This document shows, piece after piece, positions 13,748-25,400 of a stretch of DNA of 64,000 nucleotides. The notes beneath the pieces were generated by a model. It searched no databases. It had not been told where the DNA came from and saw only the letters and a list, made by a program, of their open reading frames with translations. Each line of letters starts with the position of its first letter. Position 1 is the first letter of the stretch. The translations under genes and the position numbers were made by a program. Source of the stretch: Euglena gracilis (Eukaryota); assembly GCA_039621445.1 (NCBI GenBank), contig CP154954.1:20632642-20696641 (forward strand), in the 5' to 3' direction.

Positions 13748-15065
13748 GGTGGCATTGAGCACACAACCTGGGCTTTTTTTGGATTCCCAAGGTCGCGCAT
13801 TTATGATAATTTTTTTGTTTCATGCAATTTTACATCAATTTGAGACTGAGACGTCCTCGAAGGTGCAGCGCCATGGATAGGCAGTTGTCCCCCCCCTGTG
13901 CTGCCCTGTGCTGCTTGTCACTTGGCAACTTCCTGGGGGCAGGGCTGCGCGGGAATACAAAACCTGATGGGTGGGGGGTGTCGACCCCCCACCAGGCGTT
14001 TCAGTACAGCCTCCTTCCTGGGGGAGATTTGTTACGTTTGTGACTGTACCGGACCCCTCCTATTCGAGGGGAGATTCTGAACGGGCTAACTTTTGGACAT
14101 ATATGCACACAAGTCTTGAAGATGCCAAAGAGGTTTTTCAATGCATCGGCTGTCTTCACCTGGAATTGTCCATTTGCTGTCTTGCTGTGTATCAGGGTCC
14201 CCATGTAATCCTTGCTTGGCCACTTTGTGGTGTTCGCAATATTTTTTTTGGCGAACCGGCAGGGCGATCCAGAATGGACGGGATTTTTTTCCCCTTCCGT
14301 CAAGGAACATCCCTTGCCTTAGGAACGACCATTGGCTGTGGTCGATCTGGTCGCAAATAAAAGTTGAAAAACACAAAAAAATTTGCCGTTTTGGCCGGAT
14401 GGGCGATGGTGTAAGGATGGCAACATGACGACAACTCACTTTTTCCCTGAAAAGTCGGCCCATTTTCGCCAAAAACATTGACATTTATTTGTAGTTTTTC
14501 CTGTGAGCTTTTTTATATATATTGAATGTGCTGAAATGGGAATTTTTTGTTTTGCCAAAGAACCGCCCTGCCCCCAGGGGGGATGGGCAGGGTTCGACAT
14601 GAGGAGGCTGTGGCAGTGGGTGTCCCCTCACCCCCCCCCCTTGATCATGTGGGCGGGTTGCCGAGTCCCCCCAAGGTTTTTGCTCATTCACAATTACATC
14701 TTTTTTTTCACCTTTTGCTTGAAAAGTGCCTGAAACACCTTTACTTTGGGTGGTGAGAATTTCCTGCTTGCCTGGGGATGTCCCCACTCCTCCACTTTGG
14801 GGGTGGGACTCAGAAAGACCTGTGAATTCCTATTGAGTATTTTTTTGTTGCCGCTTCAATGCCGATGGTGGCAAGTACACTCGTTGGCACGTTGGCAACC
14901 AGGGGGTTGTATGCCATCCTCTTTTTAAATTCTCTGTGATGCAACCTTCGTTCAACATGTGGTCTGCCTGAAAATACCAATTCCGTGATCCGATTCCATT
15001 AGATTCCTCCCTCACCCCCGCTTTTGACAAAAAAAAGATGATCGTTGAACCACACTCCTGCCAGC

Positions 15066-15192
15066 AGCCGTGTTATCCGTGGGCCCACGTGGCAGTGGGG
15101 TGACCAGGACGGGGGTGCCGGCAACGTGGGGGTGGTGACCGAGGTGGACTTCAACGGCCCCCAGTCGGTCAAAGTGTCGTGGCGGATCGGAC
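15066..15192 (+). CDS. Isolated exon encoding a MIB/HERC2 domain
   Basis: Translates as SRVIRGPTWQWGDQDGGAGNVGVVTEVDFNGPQSVKVSWRIG, the classic RVxRGPxWxWGDQDGG..G.V...V.V.W signature. Flanking exons were not identified. Confidence 0.75.
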
Positions 15193-16120
15193 CTTATCAG
15201 CATTTCCCTGTTAATTAATAACACACACTTCAAGGTATATTGCATGTGCAGCTGCTTGTTGGGCCAGATCATATGAGAAATTCGCCAAGGGTGAATGGGA
15301 GTCATTCGAAAATCTACGGTTTCTTATTTATTTGTGGAAATAGCAATTGGTGTAGGCAGTTTCTTCTGGGGTCCCTGGCATCCTTAAAAATAATATATAT
15401 ACCGTCCATTTCAGCCAGTCCAGAAGCAGTTTGCATTTGGGTTACCCTCCCGGGTCGTATTTTGGGGGTCATATTTTTTGTATTTTTTTTGTCTGGCATT
15501 TTATTGCGGATACCATTTCGGAGGTTTGGTTAGTCCTAAACCCTGAGGGTCAACCTACCCCCTACCCCTACCTACCCCCCGTCAGTAGCGATCTTTTTCC
15601 ATTTGATGTTTTTTTCCAGACGTTCGCATTCTAACCTCCAGCCTTTTCTTACAACTTCCAACAGTGAGGGTAAGGGTGGTGGTCAGGGGACCACCCCCAG
15701 GGGAGGAAGTTCTGAGGAATCAGGTCCTGGGGGGGGTCTGCTTGCCCCCCATGAAACACCAAGTGCTACCTCTATGTTTGCTGGTCTGCTGCCTTATTGC
15801 TTTTTCCAAGAGTCACTAGTTGAGCACACCGTTTGGTGTTGTTGATATTTGGAAGCAGAAGAGATTACTTGCCACCTCGGAGAGTAACACATATATGCTT
15901 TGCCAATTCAACGTCTTTTTAAGAATGCATTTTTTTTCGGTTGCTTGAGGGATATGCTGCCCCCAACTCCATCCACACTTCAAATTACCGACAGACAGAT
16001 TTGTCACCGGCCCCACCGGAAGCCGGACCTGCAGATTGCAAGCCACCCAACAAAGTTTACAGCCGAGAAGCCTGCAGCTCAAACAACCTCTCTTCAAGGT
16101 TCAATATTTTTAATTCAGGA

Positions 16121-16152
<32 letters not shown>

Positions 16153-18651
16153 TAATCATATTATATTTATTCATATTCCCTTGCGTGTCAATTTTCTCTG
16201 TGCAAAAATATTCATTTCTTTATATTCTGTTATTTGCAGAATCTAAAGAGGAGGAGGAATTCATCAAAGAAAATATCGGACGAGGTGCTGAACGCCAATC
16301 GAACAAGTGCCGAAGCTTTTTTTTTTGGACGGTGTCAAAAATGCGGGAAAATGCGTTCATTTTTACGTTACCTCAAAATTTTGGATGGAAGCTTCTCACG
16401 CAGCTGGTCCACCCTCTGAGGGGTTCCAGCTAGCACCTTTTTTCGACCCTGGTTTTTTCCCCAGCAGGGGTCTTTAAGAAAATCCCTGAGTTGGAGGAAC
16501 CCCCCCCCTGGCTAGAGCTGCCCCCCCCCCCAACCTGTGGGATTGGGTAAGGGTTGGGCCGAAATTGTTTTGTGTAAAAGCACGAAATTTTTTTTCGGAA
16601 TGGCCAAATATGAGAAAATGGTGGATTTGAAACTCCTGGAAAATTTTCAGTCCAAAACTTTTTTTCTAAGAAAATGCCATTATGCTTATCTCCCCCTGAG
16701 CGTCCCCTCCCACAGGGGTGGGTTTCTGGGACACTTTTTAACCCCACTGGGAGAGGTTAAAAAAAGCCTTTACCAGGCATCTGTGCTGTGGAATGCTTTC
16801 AGAAATGGTATTTTAAAATTAAAGCTTTTTTTCGTTGCATGGTTTTAAATTTTGTGTTTCGTATTTTTTCCGTTGTTTTTTTTTTCTATTAATTTGTCAT
16901 CTTTTTTTTTTGATAAGAGGAGCGTATATCGGGTTGTTTGGCCTGGGAAGCTTGGAATTTGGTAGGCTTGGTAAGCTTGGGCTTCCTCGGAATTAAAATC
17001 CTAAGGGTTTATTTATTGAGCACCATGTATTCACTCAACACTGGTGTGACGCCTTGCCTCCAGGGGTAGGTAGGTGGGTGGGTAGGTGGGTGGCTTTTTT
17101 CCTGGTCCCAAATCCACCCAACCAGGCTTCTTTTTAAGTCAGCAGACCCCCCCCCTGGGGGGGGTGGGTGGGTGGGTCCGGGCCGGACCCCCCCCCCCCC
17201 TGGGTGCGTTCCCGCGCCAGAGGCGCTGGGTATACCTTTTCGGCGCAAAGCGCCAAAATTTTTGAAAATTGCTTTTAACAGGCCTGATTTTGGGGGGTCC
17301 CTGCCCCCTCCCGGGGGGGGCCCGCACCACCCTGGGTGGGTGGGGGGAACCCCTCACCCCCCGGGGCAGGGATGGATGGGAAGCCCTTCGGTATTGAGGT
17401 AGGTGGTAGGGGGGAGTCCCGACCACCCCCCCCCCCTGGGGGGGTAAGGTGGTAGGGGGGGGTCCGGACCACCCCCCCCCCCTAGACGTTGCGAGGGCGG
17501 GTCCGTCCCCACCCACGCCCCCCTCCTTGACAGGCGCCAAAAATAGCAGAAAATTTTCTTCCGGCGCGCAGCGCCGGAAAATGAGCAAAAACACCCCCTT
17601 TTGCTGACTTTTGGACATATTGCCCATTTTTTGTTTGATGTGTTGGTGTTTTCCCCCAAAAACATGTTCAAAAAAATTCAAAAAATGAGCATTTTTGGAT
17701 CGATTTTCAAAGAAAAATCAGGGGTTTTTGACCGATTTTGACCCAATTTCCGGCCCTTTGCCCGTCCATGAAATCGAAAAAATTTCGGCCCCCCCCTCAG
17801 TTTCGAGGTAGGAGGGGGGGGGGGCCGCCCCCCCCCCCCCCCCCCCCTTGTCGGGGGGGGGGGTCCGACCCACCCCCCCCCCTCAAGGCTTCCCATCCAT
17901 CCCTGCCCCGGGGTCTTAAAAAGAAGCTTGCACCCAACCACTTGTTTTCCTTCTTCAAAAACCCACCCCGCGCACGATGAACCCCCTTCCACCAAACCAC
18001 TCGCCGAAAGTCTACCTTAAGCCTACCCAAAATCAGCCAAAAATTCTTAAAACAATATGCCACGCTAGGATTTCGGGCGATCCAGACTGAGCCTGGCACA
18101 CCCCTGTGGGGTTACTAAGTGAATCTATGTTGGGCACCAAAGTTGGGACCCACGAGTTTGTATTATTTGGGGGGTGGTTGATTGCTTTACGAAAATTTCC
18201 GAAATTTAAAGGTTTCCCACCAAAGCATTTGGTCCATGTCGCCGGACCCTTTCTTTTGCAATTATTTTTGTTACTGGACCCTTGCAAAGTTGGGAGTTCC
18301 TCCTGCATTGATTTCATCAAACTCTCTGATTTGTGTGTGTGTGTGTGTGTGTATCTGGTGATGTTTTGGACTTGTTTTCTTTGCTTCAATCATAATGCCG
18401 GGGTTTGTGAATTGGGCAGCCCAAGTCCTGAGGGGTGTTTGCGAGTTTGTTATTGGGAGGGAGGGGATGTTGGAAATGTTCTTTAACAACTGAGCACCCC
18501 AAACATGAATCTGGGTATTTGTGTTAATCTGTGTTGTTGTTTTTTCAGCTTCTGAACGCTGTCTGGAAACGTTTACCTTTTTTTGTACCATGGTGTCAAA
18601 CTGTGTCAACGTCAACACTTTTGTTTATCATAACTGTTGTTAACAAATCCT

Positions 18652-18689
18652 GCACACGCGCACACACCCACAGCACGCGCGCGCACACT

Positions 18690-18767
<78 letters not shown>

Positions 18768-18816
18768 CAAACACACACACACACACACACACGCACACAC
18801 ACACACACACACACAC
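18652..18816. repeat. (CA)n microsatellite
   Basis: Direct inspection. Confidence 0.95.
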
Positions 18817-19433
18817 CGCCAAGCATCCACTTTCGTTATCCGACCCCGAGCTGTAACTTGCTCATGACGCCACGGTGACAAGTATTTTTTTTACCCCCAC
18901 CCTCAGTGTGTTGCAACTTTGATCCATTTATTACATGACCAGTCTACAAACCTTGATCAAAGGACTAGCTTGCGTTTCTCGCCGAATGGGCAAATTTCTT
19001 TTCCTTTTGGTATACTGTTCTATTTGAAAGCACGAGGATGCACAACATCATCAACATCCCCCCCCCAATTCAACCCTGACTCATTCACAGGGAGTCATTT
19101 GTGCATTTGCATCGTAGAGCGGGTCCAATGGAATGCACAAACCACAGATGCTCACAATTTTCGACGCTGGGGATTCCTGGCGTTGTCTGGAAAACTCTTC
19201 AAAAAGCTTTACAATCTTTAGAAGCTTCATTTGATGAGATATTATTGTCCAAAAAAAGTAAAAATCCTGTTATTTTTTGGTGAATAGCGGCAGTGGGATG
19301 CACAGCTTAGGTGAACCCCAGCATCGTCTGCAAAATGACAATTAAAGAAGAGACATCGAAACAGATGAACAAAACAAAACCCGAAAAATGTCATCGGGGA
19401 GATTCATCGGTTTCCCACGTCACCTCCCCGGCG

Positions 19434-22400
19434 ATGTCCAACACGCTGGCCCAGGCTGACCTAGAGGCCCTCCTGGCTGAACTGCATTTGTCCCCGTACG
19501 CCGCTCGCCTGGCTCAGGCTGGCCCAGGGCGCAGTGTATTCTCACCTTTTTGGAACCACAAATACTGACAAATTGCGGCTGTGGAATGTGGTTCCGGGAA
19601 GCATTTTGGGCGGGCAGGTGCTGTGGCAGCGGCGACTTTTTGACCTGGCAAGGTGTGCTATGTGGATTGCTGGGGGATCCAATCAGTTCCTTGGTGTCTT
19701 TCGAAAGCCCCCCCCTTGTGTTGTGATTGCGGTTGTGATTGTGATGTTGAACAGACATTTTTTACCGCGGTGCCCTGCCTGGGATATAACTCACTTCAGG
19801 CATTGTCCCTGGCCAATAAAGAAGACCTTCTGCGCCTTGGTGTGTTGGAACCACAAGCTGTTTTATCCAGGAGCTTCTACAAAGGTCCCGTCCAAAAATT
19901 AATTGTGTCCGCTTCATTTCAAATTGTGTGAGGACATGTGTCAATGTTACTAACTATTCATTTTAGGCGCCTTCGTCCATGGGTGTAATGTCTTTCATCT
20001 TTACCTCTTTTATTGAAACCAAAAACCGATCCAATGGAGAGTCCTCATCAATTTGAAATTTATTGCACATCCAACGTTCGTTTCTTTTTGTGAAATTGGA
20101 CGGTTCTGCCTTTAATAATAATTCCAGACATTTTTTGATGGTTTCCCTCTGTGAAGCACAGAACCCGATAACTGACGATGGCTTGGACCAGATCTTCTGA
20201 GCTTTTCTTGACAAGTTTTCTGTCGCAGGGCATCGCAGTTGCACGGATATTGTGGCCGAATGATTCACTGAGGATATTTCGTCCTTCACTTTTCAAGGCG
20301 GATTGCAGACAACTTTAGAAATTACATTTTCAGACAAAAGATTTCTGACCCATCTGGAGTTTGTCTTGTTTGGAAAATGTCTCCAAAAGGGTTGTTTGCA
20401 AGGGTCTTAGTTAGGGCCAGAGAGATCAGGTTAAGGTTAGGTTGGGGTGATTCAGGTTGCGCTGGAATGGCTTCCAGGGTCGGGGTTGTGTTGCTTTTTG
20501 CGCACGCGCGCGCGTGTGTGTGTTATGCGGGTATGTGTGTGTGTGCGTGATTGTTGTGTGTTGTGTGTGCATCTGTGTGTGCATGTATGTGTATGGTAGA
20601 TGTTCAACTTCTACCTATCTGCCCTTGGTGCTCCTGGCTTTGCTATTGAAACGCCTCCAGGATTCCCCCACCGGAGGGGCGGTCGGCGGACCTGGCCACA
20701 GCCACCCCCACCCCCGGCCACAGCGGCACCGGGAGTCCCCGACGTTCCCCCGGAGCCCCCGTGCACAAACACCGTGTGCGGGTCCATACATCGGTGTAGG
20801 TACAACACCACAAAGGGTGAAAAGCAGATTTTCACCGTTAACGCCATGTACAACGAATGCACATCTGTTTTTACAAATGCTTTTGGCATGTCTTTGGTTG
20901 AATGAAGTGGTCCATTCATTTCCTCCTGTTTGCCGGTATGTCATTGCCACTCGTTGGGTCTCCGCTGCCATGCTCCAGCCGGGGCCCAATTTCCTCGAAC
21001 TCATTCACTCTGCCCGCTGCACCGGGAACGACATCTTCCTGAGTTTGTGGCGCAGTGGTGTGCGACTGGCACAAGGCTGAAGAAACAGGCGATGCCAACC
21101 CCACCTCGGCTCTGCGGGGGGGTTGGCAGGGGGGCCTGCCATCTCCCACCCTGTTGCTTTTCCCCCTTTTTTCCCACATATTGTTTGTTATTTTTTAATA
21201 TTATTTTGTAATATTATTTTTATTATTTTATTTTATTATTTTATTTTATTATTTTAGTGGATTATTAGTTTCTTTCAGCACCGGTGCTTTATACGGTGCT
21301 GGGGGGGCATCCCCAGCCCAGCGCACAGCCCTGGCTCTGGAGTACGGCGACCGGAAAGGGTTGGAGCCCCTCGACATCGATGCCTTCAGCAATCGCATGC
21401 AATTGCATACCCCATGCAGGGCTGCCACGCTGAAACTGAAACGGCTAGCCATTTCCTGGGCAGCACCCTAGAGGACCAGTGGACAACGGTGGGGGGGGAG
21501 GGTGGGGGGGGCAACCGGAACCCAGGGGTACTCCAAGGGCTTTGCTTTGTGGGTCCCCCAGGGTTTGGCCATTTTTGACTTTTTTTGCCCCTAAATTGAC
21601 CCCCCCCCCTGCACCCTCCCTCTGCCCTTCCCGAGGGGAAGGGGGTGAGCCCTGGTGAGTGTGGGGAGCTCCCTTCCCCCCCAGTCTCAAAAAAAACCTT
21701 GGCATGCTGCCATCCAGTCCTGGAAAAATACTTGGTATGATGGTGGGTATGTAGGGGCGTCCGGTGGCTTGTGGGACAACATACATTCCCATACTGCCTG
21801 GAACAGGTGTTTTTTGGGTGTCTCATTGGAGGATCAAACAACAAAAGCCGCACAGTATTTTAATGATTTCCTTTTTAAATGATGCAAAATAGCCTTTATA
21901 TTCAGTTTCCAAGTGCATTTTTGTTTCGTTTTTTTATGTTAACAGCATTCAACATGTCCATTCTGTTGCAGCTTTTGACCTGGTTTCCTCCACTGTGCCT
22001 TGCTTGGCAGTCAAAGACGACCCCAACCAAATCACGAAGGCCCTGCTGTGGCTCTACACCGTGGACACTTGGGTGTACCAGGAGTGCAACAAAGCCTGCC
22101 GGGAAGAACATTGGCTGACTAAGCGTACTGGTAAGATCGGCTGATAACGGCAAACGCCCGTGTCCATGTTCTTCTCCGATCATTACACTCCTGTGTCACA
22201 TCCATCGCTTGCAGCGAAATACAAAGGTTGACAGCGGCAGGACAAATACCAAGGTGAGAAGGCAGTACGCCTCCCAAGCCCAATGAACACTAAAGTGGCA
22301 ATGGCGTTCAAGGAGAGGACATATGGGAAAGTGTCAGGACAGCACAGATTCGCGGAGAGTGGTTGTGCCAGACAGCGATAAACACCCAATGCCAGAGACA

Positions 22401-25400
22401 AGGAGGAGGACCTCACCCACTTCATGCCTTTTATCAAGGCACTGCTGGTGGGGACCACCGGATGCTCTTGCCGGCTCCTCCTGTAAATGCCAAACGATTT
22501 GATATGCGCTGAAACAACCTTCGGATTTGGACTCAACACTAGCACTTGGTCTCCTGGAAATGGTTTTGTTTTTCAACTTGGGCTCAGACGTCAAAAGAGC
22601 ATCTGTGTCAGAAATGCCACGATGCACAACCTTGGGCTTTGCTGTTCTGAAGGCCTTTATGAACACTGACTGGTGGAGTACGTTTCATTCAAATGATGTT
22701 TGGATTTGGCGTTGTTGGGTAAAGATACGGGATACACCCATCTAACCCCTAGCCCCCTAATAGTAAGGTGCATTTATAGTGGACCGTCGCCTCCAGGGGT
22801 GCGCTTCCATTTGGAAAAACCGCAAAGGTAAAGAGCTCAGCACATTTCAAAAACCTGGTTAACAGTGCCCACCCAACCTCCAAGTCCCCTGCTCTGGGGG
22901 TTGGGTTGATGGCGTGCCGGTCCCAAAAACACCCTGGTACCGTTGCCCCCAAATAATCAAAAAACAGCCGTTGTCTTTGACTGAAAAATGAATTGATGGG
23001 CAACCAGAACATATTAAAACCGAAAATGTGGCTCGGACGCTAGGCAGAGGCGAAGTTATGGGAAGCAACTTTGGTACGTTTTGGTGCTCATTTTCGGTTC
23101 AAAAAACAGTTTTTCTGGGTCCGGGAGGCAAATTTTTTCGTTTTTTCCCCGATTTTTTTGACCCGTTTTTGACCCAAACTCCATGGGTTTCGGGTCAAAA
23201 AACGTGGGGCGGGGGGGGGGTCGAAAAACGCTCATGATTCGCTCTTGCCCACAAAGGGATAAGAGCTCAGCGACCCCCCACCTAATAGAAGCAAGGGGCC
23301 GCCAAAAGCGCAGGTTCCAAATAAAAGCGCACCCCCCCGCTGTCGAAGGCTGAAAGCGGCGGTCCGCTGCAAGGAAATCAACCAGGAAATCCTTATCCAA
23401 ACCCTAACTCTACCCAGGCGGCTGGGCATTGTCAGCACCATTCCTTGCAGCATACACCCCCCCCCCCCAAGCGGCGCCCTGAACAACCTTCCTGGGCATG
23501 AAAATTTAACATGTGCAAAAGCTCCGCTTCCTCCTGGTTATCCCATCCCCTGAAACTCAGGCTGCTTGGTGTTCAGGTTGGGTGATTGTCAGGACTGGGG
23601 CTAGGGGCAGGGTTGGGGTAGGGTAAACATGACATAATCCTAACCCTGACCCTAACCCTGACCCTGACATTAACAGTGTGGCATACAAAACGTTTCAAAC
23701 ACATCTGGATGGTGTATCGTCGACAGTTCTCTATTTTGCCACCGAAGTCCAAGTTGCGATCTGCTACTGAGCAAATTATTGCAACCTTCTGACCAGTCTG
23801 TCACGCTGTACCGCCGTACCACTCTACAGCCCAGCCAACTGCAGCTGTATGTGGAGAAGGCCAGGGATTCTGGAATTGATCGACAGCTGTAATTGTCCAG
23901 ATAAGCCACCAAGAACTTTATGAATAATTTCATTTATGTTTTTTTTGTCACCTTTGTCAACTTTTTCCTTCTAACTGCCAACTGCCCAGGAAACTCTCTT
24001 CAGCATTCTGTACCCACTGACCTGTCTTATCAGGACCTGTCTCCTCCCTTTGCACTGGCTGAGCAGCGTGATGATTTGGAGGTTCAAGAACATCGAATTT
24101 GGCCTTTCCCTTGCGTTTCAGCCCCGCAAAACTGATGACGGCCCACACACAGAGTGCCGGTGTCCAACCGGCATTGCCAAAAAAAATCGCCCAGGTTCCT
24201 TTGCGCAAATGCGTGAAAAGGAACAAGAAGACAGCTTACCCCCCGAAACTGTCTCCAGACAAGTGCAGCTTGATTTGTTGCCCCCAGTTTGACACAGGAA
24301 AATACCCAGGATAAGTGAACCCCCCATTCTCCCAAGGGGGACCCCCTTCCCCGGGGATCTTGAACGAAGCCTGGCTTCCACACGCAAAAATATTATGGGA
24401 GGAAACAGACTGGTATATGACTCTGAAAATTGTGGTAGGTGAAGGCATAAAGAGCACAGAAGGATTCCCACAATGTAGTTAAGTTCTGGGCCACATCACT
24501 CCCCTTATGTTGACACTTGTTGACCCCAACACGTTCGCCTTTGCACAATTGGAACATTTTGCGCATTTGCACAAAGAAACCAATTCAAAACCAACCAAGA
24601 GCTTTCAAAGCCAGTCTGGTGGAAGCTGGACAATCAATGTCGTGAAACTGTGGTTACACCCCCAAATAATACCCCCCGGGGTATTATTTTTTTCTCCCAA
24701 AGTCCCGTCCTGAGGGGGGTGATATTTGGGAGTGTAACAGCTGCTTAATTTTTTCGAAAGTTTTCCAACTCCCATAGGACCCAAAATAGCAACTAAAAAC
24801 CCTTTTGGGGTCATTTATTGCACTTTGTATTGAAATTTTGCTTTTTTTGGACGGCAGATGATCCAGAAACGTCAATTTTTTTAACAATTTTGTCAGATAT
24901 TACGATTTGTACCCACAAAATTTGGGGGCATTGATTTGGTGGGCGAACTCACAAAGCACAAAGGTGCCGTTTTCTTTTTTCAGCACCAATAACCGGCACC
25001 TAGATTTGCAAAATGTATTCATCATACCCGTAAATCTTGACTTTAGAAAGATTTGTTGAGTGGAAACAGACCATTTCCACCCAAACTAGATTTGGAAAAA
25101 GTGTCCCAGCCTTTGAACACAAAAATCCTTCTAATTGCACATGTACAATTATTGATAACCACACAATTGTGCAAATCCATAATCTGAATGGACCATTTCC
25201 TTTGTGCAGAAGAACCAATTGTGCAATTAATTGCGGGAACCGTCTGCTCCTACAGTTGCCATTTGCACAATTGCGCCAGAAGTATTCTGCCATTGTGACA
25301 TATTTCTATGATGGAATTGATCGAAGTGAAGTTAAAGAAGCCTTTTTTTTTCGGTGCGTTCATCAGCATTCTATACCCCCCCCCCCCCGGGAAACTGTCA

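Noticed and set aside
20210-20292. Inverted match to ~26222-26302 as the ends of a 6-kb element
   Set aside because: The interval contains host ART exons and no TSD is seen, so these are better explained as two fragments of a dispersed repeat.
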